Below, piece by piece: positions 42,238-54,300 of a stretch of 64,000 nt of DNA; the first letter of the stretch is position 1, and each line of letters opens with the position of its first letter. Under the pieces are notes generated by a model. It had not been told where the DNA came from, did no database searches, and saw nothing but the letters and a program-made list of their open reading frames with translations. Source of the DNA: Nitrospirota bacterium (GTDB lineage Bacteria > Nitrospirota > UBA9217); NCBI GenBank assembly GCA_963754875.1, contig CAVWHO010000008.1:192001-256000 (forward strand). The letters run 5' to 3'. A program made the position numbers and the translations under genes.

Positions 42238-45200
42238 TTACTGTCCGCTGAACCACTTTACCGCATCACGAACGCTCACCTGATCGAACTTGAGCCGCAG
42301 CTTGATAAAGGGCCCCTCGCTCGTGAAGTCGGACTGTCGAGAAATCACGGTCTTTGAAGCCCGAGAAATTGTATCCCACACTGACCCAGATGTTTTTACC
42401 GGCGTTGTAACCAACCGATGCCCCGGTGCCGTATATCATCTGGTCAACGCTCCATGAGTGCATCATGAGCTCCCGCAGACCGATGTCCCACTTCTTCGTG
42501 ACATCGTACCTGGCTTCGAGACCGGTGAGGTCGGTGTATCCCCGGTAGTCGTTCTGGTCGATGGTTTCCTGGACATACTTGGAGCCGTACTGCACCGAGA
42601 CCTGCGTTCTATCGTCTGTCCTAATGTTCGCGACGAAGTTATTGACCAGGCGCCAACTGTTGTCCTCAATACTCCCCCCGCCATGCTGATCGTTGAGAAG
42701 ATAATCGAGGCGGTCGAGGATTATGAAGCGCGTCTCTGCAGGACGGTACGCAAGAGAAAGACGGAGATCGCTGTTCTGCTGCATCAGCCCGCTTACTGCT
42801 GCGCTCCGGAACGCCTGCAGTCCCGCGGCAAGACCCAGCCCTTCCGCACCTCACCGTTGGACCCGACGAACACGCCGAACTTGTCCTCCGACGTCGAAAC
42901 ACGGTCCTCGACCCGCGCTGTCCAGGACCACTTCTCCTCACGGTACCCCACGCCGAGAGAAACTGCGGTAAAGTCTTCCGTCGTGCCGACGGCCGGCGGG
43001 ACGTTGGTGTTGAAGATATACGGGGCGGTGCTGCTATCCGTGCTCACGCTCGTATTGCGGAGCGTCGTGCTGCGGTCCAGGCCCGCGTCAACGCTCCACT
43101 TCTTCGTGATCTGCCAGGACTGCTTCAATCCCGTGGTGGAGAAGAGCCGCATGCCGTTCTCCGTTGACTGCTGTTCCATCGTTGAACCGACCTGGCCGCC
43201 TGTCCACGGCGCTGCCTTGATCCCGATCCGGGAGGTCTCGGTGTCGATGCCCGACCCCTGCGTCCATTCCTGGTCGGCGAAGAACGTGGCGGTGTCGCTC
43301 AGTTTGTAGTCCGCGCCGACCGTCGTCTTTGTCGGGAAATCGACATTGTCGTTTGAGCCGACAGACTGATCACGGCTCACGCGCAGCGCGAGCCGTTCGG
43401 TGAGCTGGTACTTCGCGCTCGCAAAAAACTGGTCGGACCGGTAGGACTGGCCCATGCGTGAGCGTATCTTCCGCGCTGCGCACGCCGGCCAGGAGATCGT
43501 ACTTGCCCGACGTGTATCTGCCGCGAAGTTCCGCCATGTCCCGAACCGCGCCGGTGGCGAGAACATTCTGCTGGAACACTTCCCCGCCTACGGACCAGAG
43601 TTTGTCGAGCCGGTAGTTGAGGTCTGCACCGACCTTTCGCGTGCCCGTTTCGCTGTTGTTCTGCTGGCCGAGACCAAAGCCGCTCGATTGTTCGCGCACG
43701 TAAGCCTTCCCGTCCATCTTTTCGGAGCGGTGGGAAAGTTCTGTCAGGTAGGCGGACCCGTCATTCGCAATCCCGTCTTCATTGGTGTTCGATGTGGCAA
43801 TTTCCGTCTTGATCTGCGTATGCTCGTTCACCTTGACGGTGGCGTCGACACCGGTGAGATGTCCGACGCCTCCATTGTCTTCCTCGTGAATGTGCGTGGC
43901 GCCGATCTCGACTTTGTTGTTCAGCACACGCACGGCGCCGCGGCCGCCGTAGGTATAGGAATCTCCGGATGCGCCGAAAATCTCATACCGGACCACGATG
44001 AAGATGGGGTTAAAGTTCGCATCGGTGTTGAACACCGGGGACTTGAAAAAGATGGTGCCGGTATCGTAGTCGATGGAGTAATCGAGATACCGGGCGAGCG
44101 GCTGAGAAGAGAGGATCACCTCGCTCCGGTACCGGTCTCTCGTTTCTATGACCACCGTTTCCGAATTGAGCACGATGTTCTTCCGCGACAGCTGGTAGAG
44201 ACCGGACGTGCCGTCGCCGGGGATCTCGTCCTTTACAAAGGTCTGGTCGTTCTTGCTCGCGAACAGCGTGTAGTTGAAGTGGTCCGACTTCATCTCCGAT
44301 TTGACGCCGGTCATCTGACGGCTGTACCGGGACAATTCAGTCATCGTCAGGCCCGTGTCATAGTCGCCGAAGAGGGCATAAAACTGGTCGCGTTCGATCT
44401 TGACGTAAAGGGAGCGGGAGCTGGCCGCGTCGTTGCCCTGCAGCGTACCATCGCCGTACAGGGTATAGTACTTGTTCGGATCGATGGTTTGATAGAGGCC
44501 GTTCTGGTCGCTGTGCACCGCGTTTGCTGCTGTCGTAGGCCAGGGTAAGCAGCCACTCGCCCTTGATCCTGCCTTTAGCATAGAAGGCCAGACGATCATC
44601 TTCGAAGTACTTGTCATCGCCTCCCCCGGAGCTAAAGGTCTCCATGTTGCCTTTCACTACATTGTATCCCACCGTGCCTTCGGCGAGACCGACCAGGACC
44701 CAATCCCGGTTTTCAGGCTTGAGCCAGGTGCGGATTTCCTGGGTGGTGCCGTCGGCAACCTGGAAGCGAAGGACTGCTTCACCGGTCTGCGTGGTCGGAA
44801 CAAGCTCGATCATCGCCACGCCGTCATCGCCGATGAGATAGCGGTATCTATCGGTATTCGGGGCGATGAGTGGTGATTGTTGAAGTTCATCAGCGCGCTG
44901 CTGGGGAATATACGGAGGATCGATGAAATAATCGGCCCGAACACCCTCCCGGGCAGGGTGCCCATCCTTATCCAGAAGCTGGACTGCAAGAATTATCGGG
45001 TTTTTGCCGTCCGCAACGAGCTTCGATCTCTCAGGCAACAGTACCGCCTTTACTGGCGGCCCTGAATAGTGTACGGTCCGCTGCAACCTCTTGATCTCGG
45101 AACCGGAACCGTCTGAGAGAACGAGTTCGAATCTGTTGTCCCCCTCCTGTAGATGGATCCCGCGCCAGAAACTGATGGCGACAGTGCCGTCAGATTTTTT

Positions 45201-48200
45201 AATCATCCCTTCATAATGAAGAGGATCCACTACGTCGCCATTCAAAAGGAGCTTCGGTTTCTGGCCCGGATCGTGTTTTATGGCAATTCTCATGCTCGCA
45301 ATATTGGGACGGTAGCCATCAACAGGCCAGAGCCACTCCAGCCCCGGGGCTGCTTTTTCTACCCAGGCCGTATCGTAGTCAGGCATGGTCTTATTGTCAC
45401 CAACTGTGTGCATCGGCTCCGATTGTGGATTCTCCACCCATACTTCGCCTTGCGCCAGGCCGGTGACCGGGACGGTCTTCATTCCGCTCGTTTCCTTGTC
45501 GTTGCGGATATAGGTCCAGGCGGAATCCTTGCGGGTGTCGACTCTGAACTCCACGCGGCGGTTCTGCGCCCGTCCTTCTGCGGTCCTGTTTGTCGCAATC
45601 GGATCGTCAGGTCCCTTCCCGACGATCGTGATCTGATCCGGGGCGAGCCGGAGGGCCTCGGCAATGACCTTGGCGACCGTCTTGGCGCGGCTTCGCGACA
45701 GCGCGTAATTATCCGGAAACTCCTTGCTGGCCCCGGGCCGGATAGCGTTGGAATCGGTATGACCGGTAACGGTGATATGCTCGATCTTTCTTGATTTCAA
45801 TTGTTCAACGATCTTTTCTATTTCCTTCCGGTCGCTTTGGGACAGGTCCGCCTTCAGCGTAGTCGAACTTGGGATGGAACACGGCGTCGGGTTCACTCAT
45901 CTGACGCTTCAGCTATAGCGGACAAGGTTCGTGTCAGCCACGGGCGTCTTCACTCCTTTTGCCGCCGGAGTGTCGAAAACCAGGAACGCCTTCGTGGACA
46001 GATTTCCCTCAACGCCCTGCGCCGGCGCTGTCGCGAGGAACACGACGGACCCCTCCCAGCCGGCGGGCCGCTCGCCCAGACGGTAGGTCAGGACGCCGTC
46101 GCCGAGGTCAGGATCAGGGACCCGGCCGTCATTCAGACAGCTGCTTCCCGCCGCGTACGTTACGCCGTCCGGCATCATCACGATCAGCCGGAGATTCCGC
46201 ACAGGGACCGCTCCCACATGCAGGTTGGCCGCGTAGGCGACGGTGTATTGGCCGTTCGCGTCCGGGAGACAGCAATTCTCATGCACGAAGGGCACCATGG
46301 CCGCATAGTCGTTATGGCCGTTCACGTCCGGCCTCGCGGTCCCGGTCTGGACCGTGGCCGGGGAATTCTTCTTCAGTTCGCCGAAGCAATGCGCGCCGAA
46401 GGTCCACGTCAGGGCCGTAGCCAGGGAAGCCCCCGGCTCAGCGTCGGCATGGTTGATCGACCCGGTCTGGGTCGTGACCAGGGAAGTCCGCAGCTCAAGG
46501 CCGACCTCGCCGGTCTGCTTCGCCTTCGGAGGGCGGGGCGCAAGATGGAAATCGGCCCTCCACAGCGACCCGCCCTGCAGGTCCACGAACTGCGAAAATG
46601 GCCGAGCCCGCAAACCGGGTGTTGTCCTCGCACTGTTCAGGCTCATATTGCTCGGGCACGTGACCCGTATCGAGCTGCACCACGTGGGTCCCGGCCTGAA
46701 CAGCCGCGAAGTGGTACATCCCGTTCTTGTCGGTCACGACATAGGACCCGTCCTCGAGGAAAATGCGGACCCCCGCGATGCCGCGCCCGTTGTCGCCGCA
46801 GCCTTCGAGGACTCGGCCGACAATGGTCGTTTTGCTCATAAAGAGGTCCTCGGTCACCAGCACCGTGGCCGCGGCCGTGTTGGATACCGCGCCGAGCGAG
46901 CCGCTGGCCACGGCCGTGTTGACGGCCTTTCCGAGGCTCGCCCCCGCGCCCACCTCGGCCACGTAGGTGATGACCGCTTGTCCCGCAGCAACGAGATCGC
47001 CGACGCATAAAGGTGAGGCTCCGGCCGTCTGCGGAGATCGCGGGATCGGGTCCCGGCACGCTGTTCAGCCGCACTGAACCCTTACGGTACCGGAAGCCCA
47101 CCGGCAACCGGTCGGTAATGGTCACTCCCGGCGCCGGTGCGCTGTTATCAATGTTCTCCACCGTGAGCTGATAGGGAACAAAGTCTCCGATCGCCGCAGA
47201 GTCCTTTGCTGCGGACTTTGATCAGGTAGAGCCGCGAGCTTATCGGGTCCGCGGGAATGTCGATATGGATCGCGGGACCGGCGTTCACCACGAACTGCTC
47301 GTCCCGCGACCCGGGGTCCACAATGGCAAAGGGCCCGCCCGACAGGGCCTGCAATGCGGCCGTGGCAACGGTGGAGGGCGCCCGGTATCCCGCGGGCGGC
47401 CGGACGTCGAGACGATAGTTTCCCGGCTTGATGAACGGGAAACGGTATCCGCCCGGCGACATAGGAATAGACCTTTCCGCTGCTGTCCACGGCCGTTCCG
47501 CCGGTGGTCACGTGGCCGGGAAGGTCGCGACACCGTCATCGCCGTACACGCTGGCCGGACCGCCCGTGGACGACGTCCACGAGGGTGACGGTAAGCGCCG
47601 TCAACAGGCTGGCCTGTCGAGCTGTTGAACACGATGCCGTAGGGATCGACCAGCGCTGCGATGGAATGCGTGTCCGTCGGGTCCACGGCATCGGTGTAGG
47701 AGGCCGTAACGCGCGAGTCGTTCACCATGTTCAGAAGACCGTTGTTGCTCGCGACGGGTTGGGAACTGGACTGTATAAAGCCGATGAACACGCCGGTGTT
47801 CGGCCCGGTCTCCGTGAGACGCAGCACTTCCGTGTCCCCGGTCTTGTCGTCGTGGACGGTCACCACGACCGTTTCCGCGACGGCGGGATCGTTGTTCTGG
47901 TCTCCGTCGGTCAGGCGTATGAAGACCGGCTCGCCCGCGTGATACTGCGTCGCCGGGACGAGCGGTACCGTGCTGGGTGAGATCGATGGGCGCGGTAGAT
48001 CCTGCAGGAACCGGCGCGCCTAGAGGCACGAAAGGGTCCGGCCAGGCTTCCGCTGGGACTGTAGGACGTCGGCGGGACCGGAACGAGCTGCGCGCCGGGC
48101 GTCGTCGGGCGCGTACTGGAGGAATTCAATGACCGCTGTGGTCCGCTGGACCGTGGTCGTCACCGATACGGTGTTCGACGCTGCGGTCACAAGACTCCCA

Positions 48201-48436
48201 GCGAAGCCATTGGTATACGTTGCATTCGCGATGTTGCTGATGATCGTGCCGGATGGCGTGATCGACCATCCGGCGGATGAAAACAGATGGATGAATAGGA
48301 ATGATAACAGAAAAATAACGAGGAAAGAAGAAACAGGGACCGCTCCGGCACGCGGACGCACCACGGCCGTGGCTTCACCCGGACGGATGCAGCCCTCGCC
48401 GTTTCTTGCGCGATATGTGTTGAAGCAGTCCCTCAT
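42238..48436 (-). CDS. Giant (about 2000 aa) outer-membrane protein with DUF11 and OmpA-like domains, split by many frameshifts
   Basis: Contiguous fragments: signal peptide + TPSGTIISNIANATY; DUF11 (LYLIK..TDRLP..AVNTA); OmpA (GHTDS..LSRSRA..GRAQNRRVE); beta-strand-rich C-terminus ending FIKLRLKFDQ. Confidence 0.8.
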
Positions 48437-48448
48437 AAAGTATCAATC

Positions 48449-48473
48449 TCCCCGCCCCTCATCAGGGCGGGGA
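48449..48473 (-). terminator. GC-rich hairpin between putative major subunit and giant OM gene
   Basis: tccccgccc/gggcgggga stem, no long T-run. Confidence 0.5.
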
Positions 48474-48486
48474 ATATCACATCTCC

Positions 48487-49590
48487 TTATTGGATAACAA
48501 CCTGATATTTGATTGTGGCGGTAGTTCCTTGAGCAACGGTGAGGCCGGAAACCGTCATTTTGCCCGCAGTAAAATCAGCGCCATCAGCATCACTTGCGTT
48601 CGTTTTGCAAACATTATTCACGACGATACCCGACCCTGCAGCACACGGGCTGGTACCGTCATTAAACTGGGTGTTAAAGGCGATATACCCATTGGGGGCA
48701 TTAATCATAGCACTCAAGTCGTCCGTGATTACAACATTGGTCGCGTCAGCAGCGCCTAATGCGTTGGATACTGTTACGGTGTACGTGACAACTGCTCCAG
48801 GTATCGCCTTGGGGTTCCCGCCTGTACTTGTAGAACCGCTTATGGGGTCCGAATACACAGTAGCCGTCTTGTTTATGGTCAAGCCTGCGGCGGTAACTGT
48901 AAAGCGTCCGCTTGCGGAATGTTTTCCGTCGTGCAGCCCGTCACCAGTAGCGGTCCCTGCTGCGTCGCCGAATATCGTCATTACAACATTGAGATTGGCG
49001 GACTTGAGCCCGGCAGTCTGGGTAGAGGGGGTCAAGGTCCCCGCATCGACCGCTGTTGCCAGGAGGTCGTAATCCGTATATTGAGCATTTGTAGCGGTGG
49101 CCGGTATGTCACCGACGACCAGTACGGTGAAGGTTGCGCCTGACGCGATGTCACCGAAGGTGCTGGCATCAGTGTACAGTGTATCGCCGGCGTCGTATTG
49201 GCCGTTACTGTTGTTATCACGATAAATCTTCGCACCGGTCAAAGACCATGTGTTTGTCGACTTCGACACGGGTGACAGCGCAAAACGCATGGCCGTGTTG
49301 CTGCTATTTGTCACGAGGAACTGGATCGCCTGGTAGGTTGAGCTCGGGGCGCTGGTCACGTCGCTTTGTTTCGTGACGGTCAAGTAGATCACTCTGTCAA
49401 CCATGAAGGTGACGGTGTTCCCCAGCACCGCGGTTTGCGCTACCGTGCCGACCGTATAATTCACTGTTGCCTGGTTCGAGATGGAGACCCCTGCGGCCGT
49501 GTTCGCGGCCTGCGCGAACTTCGGGACCGCCAGGGCAATCGCCGCGAACAGCACTATTGCCGCTATCCTATACATACTTTGCTTCTTCAT
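48487..49590 (-). CDS. Secreted DUF11-type protein (putative major pilin)
   Basis: aaggagg RBS, signal peptide AQA, N-terminal TAAGVSISNQATVNY, C-terminal INKT..IPGAVVTYTVTVSN..ITD. Confidence 0.8.
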   Translation of the reverse strand: MKKQSMYRIAAIVLFAAIALAVPKFAQAANTAAGVSISNQATVNYTVGTVAQTAVLGNTVTFMVDRVIYLTVTKQSDVTSAPSSTYQAIQFLVTNSSNTAMRFALSPVSKSTNTWSLTGAKIYRDNNSNGQYDAGDTLYTDASTFGDIASGATFTVLVVGDIPATATNAQYTDYDLLATAVDAGTLTPSTQTAGLKSANLNVVMTIFGDAAGTATGDGLHDGKHSASGRFTVTAAGLTINKTATVYSDPISGSTSTGGNPKAIPGAVVTYTVTVSNALGAADATNVVITDDLSAMINAPNGYIAFNTQFNDGTSPCAAGSGIVVNNVCKTNASDADGADFTAGKMTVSGLTVAQGTTATIKYQVVIQ

Positions 49591-49769
49591 TGTTTCCTCC
49601 TTGTTTTTTAAATACGGTAATGTAAATTGTTTCAAATTATCGTTCTCAACATGTCAGGTTTCCTTTCCACATCCTAAGAATCATTCGCATAATACGTCTC
49701 CGCTCTTATGTCCTTGAAAAGCAATTTCCGTTTTTCCATGATCATATCCTCCAAATTGAATTTAATCGT

Positions 49770-50264
49770 CTACTTAATCTTGGCCTTGAAAGAAACACTG
49801 CCCGAACCTCCTGCGGGGAGCGGCCTGGTCAGTGTCCACCTGATGCCGTTGTAGTCTTCCGCTCTGGCCTGGCGCACCATTCCCTGGGCGTTCTTGATTA
49901 TCAGTTTCTCCGGCGCGTTGTAGGTCTTCCCGCCGTCCGTTGAAAACTCGATGCGGGTGTTGTTCCCTTCCGCGCTGCCGTCGAGATAGGTCATATGCTC
50001 GTCAATGGGATTGGTGATTACAATGCCGTCGGCGGGCCGCTTTCCGGTGTTGGTATAGTGCGTCGTAAAGATCACCGTGTCTCCCGGCACCGTCGTCGCT
50101 TTCGCGACATCTACCCGTTTAACTAACTTCTCCCCTTTTTGGTTTTTCTCCGCAACCTCGACTTGCGCGACAGACTTGAGCACTATTGCCCCTTTCTGCT
50201 GCGCCCACGCCGCCATCGGCGCCAATAGCGCCAGCGTCAAAACCACCTGTAATATTTTTTTCAT
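49770..50264 (-). CDS. Small secreted DUF11-type protein
   Basis: Signal peptide AWA; VPGDTVIFT..YTN.G..ITNPI..SVSFKAKIK. Confidence 0.8.
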   Translation of the reverse strand: MKKILQVVLTLALLAPMAAWAQQKGAIVLKSVAQVEVAEKNQKGEKLVKRVDVAKATTVPGDTVIFTTHYTNTGKRPADGIVITNPIDEHMTYLDGSAEGNNTRIEFSTDGGKTYNAPEKLIIKNAQGMVRQARAEDYNGIRWTLTRPLPAGGSGSVSFKAKIK

Positions 50265-50282
50265 CGTCATCTCCTCCCTCGT

Positions 50283-51332
50283 CTATTTGATCTTCACATC
50301 AAAAGTTATCGTCTGTACTGGCGAAGCGTTCGTCAGATCGCCAAGTTTTACGGTCACCGTATTGGTCGTTGTGACTCCCACGTCCCCGGCGTCCGTGTCC
50401 GCCGCGTCGGTGAGGGCCGTGTTGTTCAGCCGGAGCGAATTAGCGATATATGTCGTGTTCACCGGCAGCGGATCGCTGATCACGACGTTTGTGGCTGTCC
50501 CGCCGCCCGTTGTCGTTGCCCCGATCGTGTACCGGAGTGTCGCTCCCGGGATGGGCTGGTTTCCGCCCCATTGGTCAAGGATTGTTACGGTCTTATTCAC
50601 GTTCACTTTCAATGCCGCGGTGGTCACGGTAAAGGTAGCGGCCGCGGAGTGTTTTCCGTCCCGCGCCCCGTCGCCGGGGGCGCTTCCCGCAGCGTCCAGA
50701 AACACCGTGTCCACTCCCGCGGTGTCGGGCCCGCTGGTCGGGGTGGAAACATTCAAGGTGCCCGCATCGACCGCCGTTGCCGCAAGGTCGTATGCTGCAG
50801 TCTCTCCGACCGTCAGGCCCGAAGGCGTATCGGCGACAATCAATACGGTTATCGATGCGCCGGTCGCAACGTCTCCAAAAGTGCCTGCGTCCGCATAGAG
50901 GGTGTCTCCCGCGTCCCAGGTGCCGCTGCTGTTATTGTCGCGAAAGATGCGCACATTGCTCATCGTCCACGTGTTCGTAGCCTTCGACACGGCCGCAAAG
51001 GAGAAACGCACGGCCGTATTGCTCATATTGGAGACGAGGAACGACACAGCCATGTTGTTCGAGGCCGGCGAGGTATTCACATCGGCGTTCTTGGTCACGA
51101 CCACGTTGACCACCCGGTCAACCATGAAACTGGTGGTCACGGACGTCGCGGAGCTTCCAACGCCGCCGAGAGTATACCTCACGGATGCAGTGTTCGTGAC
51201 AGCCGTGCCCGCGGCCGTGCCCGCGGCCAGGGCGTTGCCGGACGTGAACAGACACCCGATGAGGAATGCGACGATCGCCCAAAGGGTGCGCAATCTGGAT
51301 GCCCCTTTATTGTTGTGCGGAGTAGAATTCAT
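50283..51332 (-). CDS. Secreted DUF11-type protein (putative minor pilin), paralog of 48487-49590
   Basis: Signal peptide ALA; GTAAGTAVTNTASVRY; shared FMVDRV..RDNNS.G..DAGDTLY..ATAVDAGTL. Confidence 0.8.
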   Translation of the reverse strand: MNSTPHNNKGASRLRTLWAIVAFLIGCLFTSGNALAAGTAAGTAVTNTASVRYTLGGVGSSATSVTTSFMVDRVVNVVVTKNADVNTSPASNNMAVSFLVSNMSNTAVRFSFAAVSKATNTWTMSNVRIFRDNNSSGTWDAGDTLYADAGTFGDVATGASITVLIVADTPSGLTVGETAAYDLAATAVDAGTLNVSTPTSGPDTAGVDTVFLDAAGSAPGDGARDGKHSAAATFTVTTAALKVNVNKTVTILDQWGGNQPIPGATLRYTIGATTTGGGTATNVVISDPLPVNTTYIANSLRLNNTALTDAADTDAGDVGVTTTNTVTVKLGDLTNASPVQTITFDVKIK

Positions 51333-51370
51333 TCGGTCCTCAGTCACGAACAGCTGTCCACAAGATCTTC

Positions 51371-54300
51371 TCAATTGAGCTGCACCCTGAATTTGACGGT
51401 AAAGTTGGCATTGCCGCCGTTCAATGTCCCTTCAGGATTGATACAGAGACCCTTCACATTTGCGTCAAAATTGCCCGTCGGCGAGTAGGTGAAGTTGCCG
51501 CATGCATTGGGCGGAGCCAGAACCGCAGGAAGCGGATACGTAGTTGTATATTTCACGTCGCTTCCGTAACTGAACGTAAGTCCGCAGGCCGGCGACGCGC
51601 TGCACGAAAATAAGACGGGATCGCCGGAGACCGTGGAGACATACAGGGTCGTATTCGTGGGAATGGGGTCCGTAACAACGACGGAACTGCCGTCCGCGAC
51701 GCCGGTCCCGCTGTTCGTCACGGTTACGGTATATTCCAACACGGCGCCGGGGATGGCCCTTGCGCTGGTCGTTACCCCGCTGACGGGATCGGAGATGACC
51801 TGCACGGACTTCAGGACCATGATGTTCGGCATCAGCCCAACTCGGAACGTGCCGGTCCCAAGGTCCGAGATGGTACCTTCCGTTCCCTCGTTGGCGGTGA
51901 CGTTCACTGTCCAATAGCCGGTCGGGCCTGCTGCGGGTACGGTGTAGGCATACTCGTAGGTTTTGGTGCCCGTGGTAGAGGTAACGATGTTCGTCAGCGT
52001 TACTGCGCTCACGATGGCATTGTTGTTCGGGTCCTTGATCGTGATCTTCGTCGAGGAGATGTCGAAGGCACCGAAGGGATCGCTCACAGCTGTCCGCACA
52101 TAAACGGTCTGTCCGCCGATGTAGAAGCCGGAGACCGGGGTAGTCACGGCCGGATAGGCCGCACTGTAAGCGTTGACGCTGTTCACGCCGATCACGTTCT
52201 GAGAGGGCAGACTGACATTGGAAATGTTGCCACCGTTGGCCGGGGTAACGTTCACTCTGCGCGTGGTGCTTGCGGCACCGCTATTGGTGACTCTCAATAC
52301 CCAGGAGTTGCCCGTCGCGCAGGACATCGCAGAGGTCAGGGGCAGATTGAAGGGATAGGATGTCACCGTCCCCGTGAGAGCGAGGGTCCGGGACTGCGTT
52401 ATCAGCGTTCCCGGCGTCGCGGAACAAAACAGATCGACGATTACGGTGTAATTGTTACTGCTGTTGGTCGAGAGATTGAGGGATACCGGCACAGTGGCGC
52501 CGACAGCCGGGGAGATCGTGACCGGGGAGGCCAGGACTGGCAGTTCGGTCCAGCTTTGCGACGAACCCCTGTTGATCGCGACCAGCGGAGGCGCTCCCGG
52601 GGTAGGCGTTCTCGAAAGTGAGTAAGTCGGCGCGCTGTAAAGATACAGCGGCTTGCTGCCCGTCTGAGCAATGGACGAGGCCGACACCGTGATCGTCGGC
52701 GCTGCGGGCGCTGCGCCCGGACCTCCGGGGTTCGTGATCATTGCAGTATTGTCGATCGACGTGCCCGCTACGGTCCCGCCTGCTATCGTAGCAGATACGA
52801 CAATCGGGACATTCCCGTCCGCAGGGACCGATATGTTGGAAACCGTGAGCACTTGACCCGCAATATTGCACATCGCGCCCGAGGGACAGCTTGCTAATAA
52901 ACCCGTCAGCGTTGTAGGAAAGGTGTCCGTCACCGAAACTCCCGGGGCTGCCATGTGACCCGTCTCCTTCAGCATGATCGTGTACTGAATTACGTCTCCC
53001 GGGTTCTGGTCGCCGCCGTTGAGGTCTATCCATGTTTTTGTCGAAGTGGAAAGATCGGAGGGGACGGAAACGCTCACCGTGGCGCTGTCGTCGCTGGAGT
53101 TGTAGTCCGTAATTGCGCCCGGGACGACGAGGCTTGCGGTATTGCTGAGCAGGCTGGGAGCGCCAGCGCCCACGGTCCCGTTGATCGTATAGGTGACATA
53201 TCCGTTCTTGGGGAGGTTGGCGGTGGTATTGATGGCATTCCCGCTCCCCGAGGCCGCCCCGCAGGTTCCGCCTCCCGATCCCGCGCAGGTCCAGGCGACG
53301 CCGGTTATGGCCGCCGGCACGGTATCGAGTATGCCGACGCCGGTCGCCGTCACGTTGTTGGGGCCCGTATTGCTGGCGATGACGGTATAGCGGATCTGGT
53401 CGCCCACCGAAGCTGTTGTCGTCGATCCGGTCGTAATGTCCAAGAACGTCTTGGTGATCGCGAGGTCGATCGCCGAGGTCGTGTTCTGGTCGGTCACGAT
53501 CAGGTTGCGGATCTCGTGATAGTTGGTGGATCCTCCGGTGCTGGCGGCATAGCCGATCTTAAGCTGCTGCGTTGTCGTGATCGCCGGGAGCGCCTGGTTG
53601 GTGATCATCTGGGTAAAAACAAGCGGAGAGCTGTAACCGAATGAGACCCAGACATTGGCGACGGGATTGGGCGCCGGGCTGATCTGGATGCGCACATGGC
53701 GGTAATTCGGGCCGGTCTGAGAAGGTCTTGGCGAGCCGTTGAACCACAGCAGGCCGTTGTTAGCAGAGGTGGCGATCCAGGGATAGGACGCGGCTGACAG
53801 CGTTTGCCCAATGGCCCCTGCACCAAAACCGACCACGGAGCCCCGAAGCGTGATAGTATTTGGGACTGTATTGCTGTTGCCGTAGGCGCTGAGATACCGT
53901 CCTTCGCCGCAGTCGGCGAAATTACCGTATTCATCCACGCCGATCCCGATATAGCCGCCGCTGATCCCGGGAACATTTGAAGGAGCGGGGTTGCCGCAGG
54001 GACTGGTCGTCAGTTTCTGAGCATAACCAAGAGAGCCGCCGAAGGCGCCGATATTGAAGGCACCCACATTCGCGTCGAAGAGATAGACGCTGTAGCCGTC
54101 TGCGCCGGTCCCCCCCCAAGTGGCGTAATCAAACTCGACAAGGAGCCCAGCACTCAGGTCAAAGGCCGTGGTGTTGTAGGCAAACCCGGTCTGGTTGCCC
54201 GTATTGTTCGTCAGGCGCAGCCATCCCTGTCCCACCGGATCAATGGCGCCGCTTCCCGTCAGAATGGTGCCCCCCCCAAGGGTCCAGCCCGCGCTGTTCG

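Noticed and set aside
42238..48436. Programmed frameshifting or phase variation in the giant OM gene
   Set aside because: Too many shifts, mostly not at long homopolymers, and housekeeping acnA shows the same pattern
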